A program made the translations under genes and the position numbers. A stretch of DNA of 51,790 nucleotides from Octopus sinensis (lineage: Eukaryota), in assembly GCF_006345805.1 (NCBI RefSeq), contig NW_021833971.1, forward strand, positions 1 to 51,790. Direction: 5' to 3'. This document shows, piece after piece, positions 11,829 through 22,975 of the stretch. The notes beneath the pieces were generated by a model. That model made no database searches. It was not told where the DNA came from and worked only from the letters and a program-made list of their open reading frames with translations. Within the stretch, counting starts at the first letter, position 1. Every line of letters begins with the position of its first letter.

Positions 11829-12211
11829 CTAGCAGTATCGCCCGGCGTTGCTCAGGTTTGTAAGGGAAATAACTATAAAGCATTTTTAGAGAGTTATAGC
11901 CAAAAAATAGCAAAAAGATGGAAAAAAATGATGGTAAATTTTTTTTTTAGTTAAAAAAGATGGAGTTGCGTCCCCTAGACAGTTTGCGGTTTGTGTTTCT
12001 GATTCTCGACCCCATGTCGAATTTATCGATTTTTTTCAGAACTGGGGCAACTTTTCAAAATTTTCGCTGCGTTAGTTTTGAATTATGACATTGGGCTATG
12101 TGTGTGTCAAGTTTCATCAGAATCGGTTGAAAGCCGTGGTCAGGTTGAGGGTACAAGTAAACAGACACACAGAAACACGCACAGACAAACTGCCGTTTAT
12201 ATAGAGAGAGA
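11829..12211 (-). mobile_element. Non-autonomous Helitron, subtype 1
   Basis: Minus strand A|TCTCTC...cccgagcaacgccgggcgatactgCTAG|T architecture (one substitution in the hairpin), with an AT target and no TSD. Homologous to 22246-22618. Confidence 0.88.
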
Positions 12212-12655
12212 TTATCATCATCATCCTCATCATTGTTCGACCGTGGTTGAGACAATGGAATTTACCATGCTACGCCAGACTTCACGGTCCATCATGGCAT
12301 TACGGAGGTCCTGTTGCTGGATGCCTGTATCCCTGGAGATCACATCAGGGTAGGAGAGTGTGCGCCCTCTGGTATTGCGAGTAGATGGCTTCCAGAGGAG
12401 AAGAGTAGAAATTACTTCTTTTTCAGCTCTACAACAATGTCCAGCAAACTGGACTCTCCTACCTTTCACAAGAGATGACACAGGTGGTAGTTTCCCATAT
12501 ATTTACATTTTGGTTGGATGGCGCCTCCACGAGAGGTTTTGAGCTCTCATAAGGAGGCGAGTGTAGGTTCCATCCAACCGCCTCTCAAGCTTCTTTGATA
12601 ACGTCCAGGTTTCTGAGCCATATAGTAGAATTGGTTCGACTGTGGCTTTACAATA
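12212..12655 (-). mobile_element. RTE-clade LINE 3' fragment with (GAT)n tail
   Basis: VEPILLYGSETWTL..LERRLDGTYTRLL, RRVQFAGHCCR and AMMDREVWRSMV, followed by tgatgaggatgatgatgat. Confidence 0.85.
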
Positions 12656-12994
12656 TAACCAATACTTTTTTATACTGATACAAGCTGTAACTGTATAATT
12701 CTTTTTTAACATAAATGTAAAAAAAAAAATTGAATTCTACTAGATCTTCACTAATTTCCGATATCAGGTAATTTTTTTGCGGTTAGTGTACATACATAAT
12801 CTAGTTTGTATACACGCGCCATATATACATTTTTTTTTTTTTTTTTTCTTTTTCTGCCTGAAGAAGCTTCTGGTACGTCTCCTTGAAGTCAACGGGTTCG
12901 CAGAAACGCAATCGCGTCCCGTTTAATGTATATATTTTATTTTAATACGTATGTTTTGCTATTTTCTTTTTGTATTTAATTAGTGTACTTTCGT

Positions 12995-13050
12995 TATACG
13001 GTTATATATATAATATATAATTATATATATAATATATATAATATATATAT

Positions 13051-13097
<47 letters not shown>

Positions 13098-13099
13098 AT

Positions 13100-13133
<34 letters not shown>

Positions 13134-13190
13134 ATATATATATAATATATATATATATATGTGTGTGTGTGTTCATATATATATATGTAC
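12995..13190. repeat. (TA)n microsatellite
   Basis: Direct inspection. Confidence 0.95.
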
Positions 13191-13807
13191 TAGTCTGTGT
13201 GTTTGTGTGTAGCATCCACGTGTATACCTGTTTAAGCGTGCAATTACAGGCTAGCAGAAAATAGCGGAAGGAAACTGACGTATTTGATATCAATATCCGC
13301 TTTTATATTATTATTATTATTATTATTATTATCATTATTGTTGTTGTTGTTGTTGTTGTTTTTATAACAATTTCAATTTTGTAGATATATATGTATGAAT
13401 GTGTGTAAGCATACGCATATATATTAATATATATATATATATATATATAAAGTTAATTTAAAGGAAGTGTACTGTTCTTTAGGAAGAAAGGTACATCATC
13501 ACTGAATTATGATGAGGATGTGTGTCTATCATACACTTCCGGTGAACGGTTGCATCAGATAGTATAAACCTCGCTTCCGGCAACTTCTAAAAATCAAAAT
13601 TATAAACATTTAGTTTTCTATGTATATACATTTCTTGTGTTTTTCTTTTAAATTTCCTCTCATCCCAGCCATACAACACTTCAAATTATTAAACGAATAA
13701 ATAAATAATACAAAACAAAAAATCAAATAAAAATGGATTCCATATTTTTAATTTAATTTTGTATGTATCCGTGTATATACATACATATATAATACATACA
13801 TACATGC

Positions 13808-13882
<75 letters not shown>

Positions 13883-13987
13883 GTATATGTATATATATAC
13901 ATATATATACATTATATATATATATATAATATATTATATATATAAATATATATAACACACACACACGCTCGAACGCACACACACATG

Positions 13988-14052
<65 letters not shown>

Positions 14053-14490
14053 ATATATATATGTATGTATTTATGTATGTATATTCTCTACTGTTTCTTG
14101 TTTTTGAAATCCTTCTGCTAAGAGAGGAGCTGGTTACTAAAAAAGATACAAAGCTCCATCTTTGGGATGTAGATAACGAAAACAATGTCACAATTTAAAC
14201 TTGAGAAAAGTCTTGCATACTTTTACTTTTCCGCTTACAGATTGTACTTCTAATGTAGGATCAGTTGGTTGATTTCCTCTTCTGAGAATCCAAGCTTATC
14301 CAGACAGACAGTTAGGCATTTCCCTACGAAACCAAGTGTTCCATTTATTATTGGAATAAATGTAAATTTGTAATCTGGATACAGAAGCAGGAGTTTTCGA
14401 AACAGTTGTCCATAATTATCCTCTTTCTTTGATTTTCAGAGATATTCATATCAGCAGGTCAACTGACCTCTGTAACGGTAGCGGTACATA

Positions 14491-14907
14491 AGGCGGCGAG
14501 CTGGCAGAAACGTTAGCACGCCGGGCGAAATGCTTAGCGGTATTTCGTCTGCGTTACGTTGTGAGTTCAAATTCCGCCGAGGTCGACTTTGCCTTTCATC
14601 CTTTCGGGGGTCGATAAATTAAATACCAGTTACGCCCTGGGGGTCGATGTAATCGACTTAATACCTATGTCTGTCCTTGTTTGTCCCCTCTGTGTTTAGC
14701 CCCTTGTGGGTAGTAAAGAAATAGGTATTTCGTCTGTCTTCACGTTGTGAGTTCAAATTCCGCCGAGGTCGACTTTGCCTTTCATCCTTTCGGGGTCGAT
14801 AAATTAAGTACCAGTTACGCACTGGGGTCGATGTAATCGACTTAATACCTATGTCTGTCCTTGTTTGTCCCCTCTGTGTTTAGCCCCTTGTGAGTAATAA
14901 AGAAATA
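14491..14907 (+). mobile_element. SINE family B: one head + two body units, in the R4 RLE domain
   Basis: Head aggcggcgagctggcagaaacgttagc. TSD ggtacata lies at 14483-14490 and 14908-14915. Confidence 0.92.
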
Positions 14908-15525
14908 GGTACATACTTTTTCTTGTCTGTCCCAAACAATATCCGGCCCGTTATGCTTGCACTTGATAGATGTTTTGATGGAAATTTTCCATCCTTGTAC
15001 CGAAATTTGTGCACGTCTTCAATAACAGAGGGATTCTTTATATTTATTCCAGGACAGTCTTTATTCTGAGTGGCATTTGTATATTGTTTTTCCCCACAAC
15101 ATCGTGTCGTACAGGAAGGTAGTACCTTTTTGACATTTTTGGGCAGCTGTTAATCACATGTGTGATACCTTCCACAGAAATATGACATTATCTGCATTTT
15201 CGGTTGCATCTTGGATCTCCAAGGGTTTCCCCTGTCTCTTTTCTTGATTAAGTATTTAGTAGCAATCTCCTTTTCTTGGATTGCAAATGCATAGACTTCG
15301 AAGTGTGATGTGACGTAGCGGTCACGTGTCAAAGAAACGCTCCACTTCATGTCAATATTACTGTCTTCTTCAAATCTTCGGGAAACATACACATACATGG
15401 GCTTTTTTTGTATACTGAGTATTTCACCTCCAGTCTTCTTCGAGGTGTGTTAATCTGGCTATTTGGAGGTTGTATGAGAGCTCATCAGGAAGAGAGTGCT
15501 TCTTGAGGAGCTCGCTACCGACACA

Positions 15526-16037
15526 TCTATATATATAAAACTGTAGTTGTGTGAGTATCTGTCCCCTTCGATTTAGATTCCTAACTACTCCCACATTTTG
15601 CGGTGCAGTTCAACCAAATTCGGGTATCTTATAGTCGTGATTCATATCGAGCCCGTCTGGGTATTAGCGCGCGTCTACGATGAGTCTACGATTTAAAAAA
15701 TAATTTAACATCATTTTTTTCATTTGAACGCATATTTTTTCGTGTGTCGATGGCGGCGCAGTTGGCGTCCACGCTCAAACACCTGCACCTGTGTTTGCTT
15801 CTCCCTCGTGAAGCTGTGGGAAAGGGAGTGTAAGGAAATCAACGTCGTAATGCGTTGTCAAGGAGACCAGCGTTCTTTTAGAACAACGACTTCATGGCTT
15901 GAAGACACCAAAATTACCATCATTTTTTTATTCCATTTTTAATGCATTTTTTTGCTATTTTTTTGCTATAACTCACTAAAAATGCTTATATAGTTATTTC
16001 CCTTACAAACCCGAGCAACGCCGGGCGATACTGCTAG
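15526..16037 (+). mobile_element. Non-autonomous Helitron, subtype 2
   Basis: A|TCTATATATATAAAA...cccgagcaacgccgggcgatactgCTAG|T. The 5' part is homologous to 28988. Confidence 0.88.
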
Positions 16038-16439
16038 TAGGATATAGATTTCTTCACTTTTCAGCATTAAGTTAATGTATCTATCTTTGCTGCTATTATT
16101 TAGCAAGTGTTGTCTGAGAGAGACTATGCAATATTCGAAGGCCGCCTGCACTGATCTCAACCCCACTACCTCCTTTATCTCGTGCTAGGTAGACCCTGCC
16201 GATATCACTATCCCTGTGGAGATTTCCAGTTGATTTGTGCCAGGGAGACTGATTTCCTTGTTCAACAATTAGATATGAACATTTCTTTTAGTGAAATTCC
16301 ATTCCTATATCGGCTGAAAATGCTGTTCTTAATTCCAGTGTCTTTTTTTGACATTTTTAGCATAAATCTTGAGGTTATCAACAAAGAAATTATGGGTTAC
16401 ATTAATATCTCTTGAAGTTGCAGACGTTAGCATATAACC

Positions 16440-17405
16440 TATTTCTTTATTACCCACAAGGGGCTAAACACAGAGCGGACAAACAAGGACAGACATAGGT
16501 ATTAAGTCGATTACATCGACCCCAGTGCGTAACTGGTACTTAATTTATCGACCCCGAAAGGATGAAAGGCAAAGTCGACCTCGGCGGAATTTGAACTCAC
16601 AACGTAACGCAGACAAAATACCTATTTCTTTATTACCCACAAGGGGCTAAACACAGAGGGGACAAACAAGGACAGACATAGGTATTAAGTCGATTACATC
16701 GACCCCCAGGGCGTAACTGGTACTTAATTTATCGACTCCGAAAGGATGAAAGGCAAAGTCGACCTCGGCGGAATTTGAACTCACAACGTAACGCAGACAA
16801 AATACCTATTTCTTTATTACCCACAAGGGGCTAAACACAGAGGGGACAAACAAGGACAGACATAGGTATTAAGTCGATTACATCGACCCCCAGGGCGTAA
16901 CTGGTACTTAATTTATCGACCCCGAAAGGATGAAAGGCAAAGTCGACCTCGGCGGAATTTGAACTCACAACGTAACGCAGACAAAATACCTATTTCTTTA
17001 TTACCCACAAGGGGCTAAACACAGAGGGGACAAACAAGGACAGACATAGGTATTAAGTCGATTACATCGACCCCAGTGCGTAACTGGTACTTAATTTATC
17101 GACCCCGAAAGGATGAAAGGCAAAGTCGACCTCGGCGGAATTTGAACTCACAACGTAACGCAGACAAAATACCTATTTCTTTATTACCCACAAGGGGCTA
17201 AACACAGAGGGGACAAACAAGGACAGACATAGGTATTAAGTCGATTACATCGACCCCCAGGGCGTAACTGGTACTTAATTTATCGACTCCGAAAGGATGA
17301 AAGGCAAAGTCGACCTCGGCGGAATTTGAACTCACAACGTAACGCAGACAAAATACCGTTAAGCATTTCGTCCGGCATGTTAACGTTTCTGCCAGCTTGC
17401 CGCCT
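16440..17405 (-). mobile_element. SINE family B: one head + five tandem 183-184-bp body units
   Basis: Units start near 16439, 16622, 16806, 16990 and 17173. The single head ends at 17405. TSD ttagcatataacc lies at 16427-16439 and 17406-17418. Confidence 0.95.
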
Positions 17406-17766
17406 TTAGCATATAACCGTTTGATTTTTGTAGTAGAAATGATAATGGATTTAACACCAACATGAACAGAAATACAGAGACTATCTCATTGGAATAGTCC
17501 GCTTGAAATATTTAACATTGGAGACAATCGTTCCATTCTCTGTTCTAAGTGTAAAAATTGTTGCCCTGCTCTGTGTGAGCCTCTCAGAGGCAGCAATCAA
17601 GATGGCGTCCACTTTTATCAAATGGAGACACTTTAGCAGCCATGAGTGGGGAATAGAATCAAATGCCTTTCTATAAGCAAACTTTATTGTTGCAAGGCTC
17701 ATACGATGTTATTTCTCCCCCCCCTTTTTTTTCTTTTTTACTTTAGGCAGTTCTTTTTACCTTAGA

Positions 17767-17937
17767 TGGGCGTAGGAGTGACTTTGTGGTATGGTAAATA
17801 GCTTGCTTACCAACCACATGGTTCCGAGTTCAGTCCCACTGCGTTGACACCTTGGGCAAGTGTCTTCTACTATAGCCTCGTGCCGACCAAAGCCTTGTGA
17901 GTGGATTTGGTAGACGGAAACTGAAAGAAGCCCGTCG

Positions 17938-17991
<54 letters not shown>

Positions 17992-18194
17992 TGTATGTGT
18001 GTCTGTGTTTGTCCCCCCCAACATCGCTTGACAACCGATGAAGGTGTGTTTACGTCCCCGTAACTTAGCGGTTCGACAAAAGAGGCCGATAGAATAAGTA
18101 CTAGGCTTCCAAAGAATAAGATTTGCTCGGCTAAAGGCGGTGCTCCAGCATGGCCGCAGTCAAATGACTGAAACAAGTAAAAGAGTAAAAGAGT
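17767..18194 (+). mobile_element. SINE family C, full length (tRNA head, CORE-like accttgggcaagt segment, internal (TA)(TG)n, repeated tail)
   Basis: Homologous to 46190-46598. The CORE resemblance is by eye only. Confidence 0.9.
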
Positions 18195-18232
18195 ATATAT
18201 ATATATATGTGTGTGTGTATGTATGTATGTAT

Positions 18233-18274
<42 letters not shown>

Positions 18275-18280
18275 GTGTGT

Positions 18281-18334
<54 letters not shown>

Positions 18335-18879
18335 GTATACCGTGTGTGTTCAAGTGTATAATTGAGGAATGCAGAAAAGCATAAATTTCACATATATACA
18401 GTTTGTTCAACAAAGCAAAAACATCAAAATTTATATAAATACGTAATTAACACAGATAGTTAATTAGTATAATGTGTGTGTGTGTGGGTGTGTGCGCGCG
18501 CGTGTAATTGCGCAATACTCTAATCAAAGTTGAAATAGGATAATTAACGAAAACAATTTTAGTCTCCGGAAAGTTGTTAAAAAGTCTTGTCGAAGAGTTT
18601 AATCGTGACAAAAGTCAGGACTTGCTTTCAATTAAGGAACAGTTCATCCATTCTCTGCTGATTTCTGTTCTTGGTCTCTTCTCCCCCTCCCCACACCCTT
18701 CCACTCTGTGTGTGTATGTGTGTGTGTGTGTGTGTCTGTCTGTCTGTCTCTCACCCACACACATACACACACACACACACACTAAAATCGGCATACACCT
18801 ACAGAAATCTCTCTCTCTCTATCTCTCTTTCTCCTTTCTCTCAGTTTGTGTGTGTTCGTGTGTGTGTATGTATGTATAT

Positions 18880-18958
<79 letters not shown>

Positions 18959-18985
18959 ATATATAATATATATATTATATATTAT

Positions 18986-19033
<48 letters not shown>

Positions 19034-19035
19034 AG

Positions 19036-19093
<58 letters not shown>

Positions 19094-19427
19094 TACATGC
19101 ATATAAGGCTTTGTCTTGTTACATACCAATACACATAAGCACTTGGTTTTCCACTCTCTCTCTCCCCCTCTCCCCCTCTCTCTCTCTCTCTCTCCCTCTC
19201 TCCCTCTCTCCTCCCCTCATTCTCCCTTACTTTGTTCTTCTCTCCTCTGTCTTTTCCTCGACTCCACTCCTACCACACACATTCCCCTCTTCGTTGTTCC
19301 CCCCCACCCTCTGTCTATCACTGTGTGTCTCTTCCTCTTTTGCTTCCTCTTCACTATGAAGATTTTACTACTACTACTACTACTGCTACTACTACTACTG
19401 CTACTACTACTAACTACTACTACTACT

Positions 19428-19452
19428 TTCTATCTATCTATCTATCTATCTA

Positions 19453-19490
<38 letters not shown>

Positions 19491-19641
19491 GTCTATCTAT
19501 CTGTCTATCTATATATCTATCTATCTATCTATCTATCTGTCTGTCTATCTGTCTATCTATCTATCTATCTGTCTATCTGTCTATCTATCTGTCTGTCTGT
19601 CTGTCTACCTACCTCTCTATCTATCTGTCTATCTATCTACA

Positions 19642-19694
<53 letters not shown>

Positions 19695-19855
19695 GTCTGT
19701 CTGTCTGTCTGTCTACCTACCTCTCTATCTATCTGTCTATCTATATATCTATATATCTATCTATCTGTCTATCTGTCTATCTATCTAACTACATATCTAT
19801 CTATCTGTCTATCTATCTATCTACATATCTATCTATCTATCTATCTATCTATCTG

Positions 19856-19938
<83 letters not shown>

Positions 19939-19973
19939 GTCTGTCTGTCTGTCTGTCTGTCTACCTATCTACA

Positions 19974-20011
<38 letters not shown>

Positions 20012-20013
20012 CA

Positions 20014-20046
<33 letters not shown>

Positions 20047-20047
20047 G

Positions 20048-20084
<37 letters not shown>

Positions 20085-20105
20085 TTATCTATCTATGTAT
20101 CTATC
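19428..20105. repeat. (TATC)n/(TGTC)n compound tetranucleotide array
   Basis: Direct inspection. It is the source of the 401-aa and 322-aa SIYL ORFs. Confidence 0.97.
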
Positions 20106-21015
20106 CAGACACGTTACATACATGTTATACACACACACACATACATACATACATGCATACATACATACATACATACATACATACATGCACACATATATAG
20201 AAATATATATTTACACGTAGATACACACTCGGACATACTTATGGACACACGCACCCCCCCACCCACCCACCCACACACATACACACATACATACATACAC
20301 ACACCACAAAGAATAACATAGCATGTTTTCAACAAAACAATAAAAGAAACAACACAAAACAACACCAAAAAAACATCTGAATTCATTTAATTTGATCAAC
20401 TTTTTCAACGAGAAAATAGAAAGAAAAAACGAGAACAAAAACGAGAACAAAATGGAAGACAATAAAAGCCATCGAATTCCTAAGTTCCTTCGTGCCAAAT
20501 TCTTTGACGTTGGCACTGCACTAACTACTAAAGTGAAACCCTTTACCGACAATTCCTTTTGTTAATCGACGCCAAAGAGCTTGGTTCGCGCTCGGAGGAC
20601 GTGACTACGAGATAAAGACTGCTTGGAACTTTCCTTCGTTCGTTCAATCTTTGAAGAAACCATCATCACTCTTCATTCTTTCCGAATGAAATTTCTCGTC
20701 ACATTTTTCACAAACCGTCGACATTTTTATTAGCGAATCACTTCGAACATTTTATCGATTGTTATTGTTGCTGCTGTTGTTGTTGCTGTTGTTGTTGTTG
20801 TTTGTTGTTGTTGCTATAGCTGTCGTTGTAGTTATTGTAATGGTGTGGTGGTGGTGGTGGTGATGGTGGTGGTGGTGGTGATGGTGGTGGTGGTGGTGGT
20901 GGTGATGTGGTAATCTTTCTCATAGTTATTCTTGTAATTGCGTTTGTGAATGTAGTTGTTGTTGTTGTTGTTGTTGTTGTTGCTGTTGTTGTTGTTGTTC
21001 TTCTTCTTCTTCTTC

Positions 21016-21050
<35 letters not shown>

Positions 21051-21535
21051 GAGTGAGAGAGCAGTGCATGCCATCAAAGTGACACTGGGGTAAAATATAC
21101 GAAGCCCAGTATACCCATCATGACTACCTGTCTGATAAGGGTATACCAGGCACATGCATCACACCATATGTGCGCGACATGGTGATCTCATATCAAGATA
21201 AACTGCACATGACCTTGCAGGTGGGGCCCAGTTAGAATTTTCTTCAGATCGAGTAACCCATCCCGCTCAAAAGGTCCCTGAATAAGGGTTGTTTAAGGAC
21301 GTTGAATGAAACACCCATGTTTCCAGAGGTGAATTATTCAAACCCCAAAGAATCCTTCTCAACACATGGCTATGATGCTCCCCCACTACTTCTGCTCGTG
21401 ATCAGAGATGCACATATCGTCAGCCACTAAGGGACATGCTCAACTGGTTAAGGTCAAACAACTGACAAGCAACTCTGTGGTATTGAGCAGAATATTTGCT
21501 GTAGCCCATCTTTATACCAACCAAAACAATATACA
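21051..21535 (-). mobile_element. Unclassified retroposon-like island with an (AAT)n tail, embedded in (TTA)n on both sides
   Basis: ~480 bp of complex sequence between two (tta)n tracts. The minus strand ends ...gcactgctctctcactc(aat)n. There is a single copy in the window. Confidence 0.5.
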
Positions 21536-21622
21536 TGATATTATTATTATTATTATATTATTATTATTATTATTTTATTATTTTATTATTTTATTATTAT
21601 TATTATTATTATTATCATTATT

Positions 21623-22025
21623 AGGCGGCGAGCTGGCAGAAACTTTAGCACACCGGGCGAATAATTAGCGGTATTTCGTCTGCGTTACGTTCTGAGGTCA
21701 AATTCCGTCGAGGTTGACTTTGCCTTTCATCCTTTCGGGGTCGATTAAATAAGTACCAGTTACGCACTGGGGTCGATATAATCGACTTAATCCCTTTGTC
21801 TGTCCTTCTTTGTCCTCTCTGTGTTTAACCAACCCCTTGTGGGTAGTAAAGAAATAGAAATAGGTATTCTGCTCGTCGCTACGTTCTGAGTTCAAATTCC
21901 GCCGAGGTCGACTTTTGCCTTTCATTCTTTCGGGGTCGATAAAATAAGTACCAGTTGAACACTGGGGTAGATATGATCGACAAATCCCCACCTTTCGCTA
22001 AGCTGCCCTTGTGGCAAAAATTTAA
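21623..22025 (+). mobile_element. SINE family B: head + body + second body with an alternative 3' tail
   Basis: The second unit diverges after ...actggggtagatatgatcgac into aaatccccacctttcgctaagctgcccttgtggc. Confidence 0.8.
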
Positions 22026-22245
22026 TGTATGATATTTAATGACTGATATTTCACTCCTTGTTGTTGTTGTTATCGTTGCTGCCTCCGTTCTCCTCGCAGT
22101 TTTTGTTGTTGTTGTTATTATTATTATTGTTGTTGTTGCCGCTCTTGTTGCTGTTGCAACTGCTGTTGTTATTCTTATAACACCGTTGACAATATTGTCG
22201 TTGTTGTTGTTGCCGCCGTCGTCCTCAGTATTGTTGCAGTTGTTA

Positions 22246-22618
22246 TCTCTCTCTATATAAACGGCAGTTTGTCTGTGTGCGTGTCTGTGTGTCTGTCAGG
22301 TTGTACCCTCACCCTGACCACGGCTTTCAACCGATTATGATGAAACTTGACACACACATAGCCCAATGTCATAATTCAAAACTAACGCAGCGAAAATTTT
22401 GAAAAGTTCCCCCAGTTCTGAAAAAAATCGATAAATTCGACATGGGGTCGAGAATCAGAAACACAAACCACAGACTGTCTAGGGGACGCAACTCGACCTT
22501 TTTAACTTTTGCCATCATTTTTTCCACATTTTTTTGCTATTTTTTGGCTACAACTCTCTAAAAATGCTTTATAGTTATTTCCCTTACAAACCCGAGCAAC
22601 GCCGGGCGATACTGCTAG
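22246..22618 (+). mobile_element. Non-autonomous Helitron, subtype 1
   Basis: A|TCTCTCTCTATATAAACGGCAG...cccgagcaacgccgggcgatactgCTAG|T. Confidence 0.9.
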
Positions 22619-22728
22619 TTGTTAACATGGCTGTATGCGCTTTCGAATGAATCATTCTTCGTCTGACGCTCTTTATATTTTCTTCTTATTTGATGATGGT
22701 TATTGATGATGCTTATTGCTGGCACTGT

Positions 22729-22975
22729 TTAAAGATTCTGGATGTTGTCGATGCATCTCAGCCTATCCAGCTCATGACGGCGCTTAAGGCTATGTGTCAT
22801 CTTCCTAATAAAGTGTGCGTCTGTGAATCTGAGGCTAACTGCATGTGTCCCGTTGGCCACTATACGGGTGGAGAAATCCCCACCGCGGTGATGTTGATAC
22901 AGGACGTCGGGCGGCGTGGCTTTGCGGAGATGTTCCTTCACTCGAGAGGGAAGTTGTGTTCTGGTTGACCCTTGG
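22729..22975 (-). mobile_element. Penelope-like element GIY-YIG endonuclease C-terminal fragment
   Basis: GSTRTQLPSRVKEHLRK..VLYQHH..DFSTRIVA..SLRFTDAHFIR..SLKRRHEL fits the G.T.R.L..R.KEH...H...EA..I..LN pattern. Confidence 0.7.

Larger units (their letters stand above)
14105..17705 (-). mobile_element. R4/Dong-like (RLE-type) non-LTR retrotransposon, 5'-truncated and decayed, carrying three nested insertions
   Basis: RT motifs YRKAFDSIPHSW and HNFFVDNLKIYA, then GLRSVQ, TSHFEVYAFAIQEKEIATK, KHNGPDIVWD and TEVS*PADMNISLKIKEKEDNYGQL..FIPIIIGTLGFV. Confidence 0.88.

Noticed and set aside
12845-12925. Hammerhead-like cugaagaag...gaaacgcaaucgcguc
   Set aside because: The core halves and stem III are present, but stems I and II cannot be paired in the right register. 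At best it is a scrambled relic.
19116-20321. 401-aa and 322-aa ORFs, and the other IYIY/HTHT/CVCV/SLSL/ERER ORFs
   Set aside because: They are translations of stop-free microsatellites, not genes.
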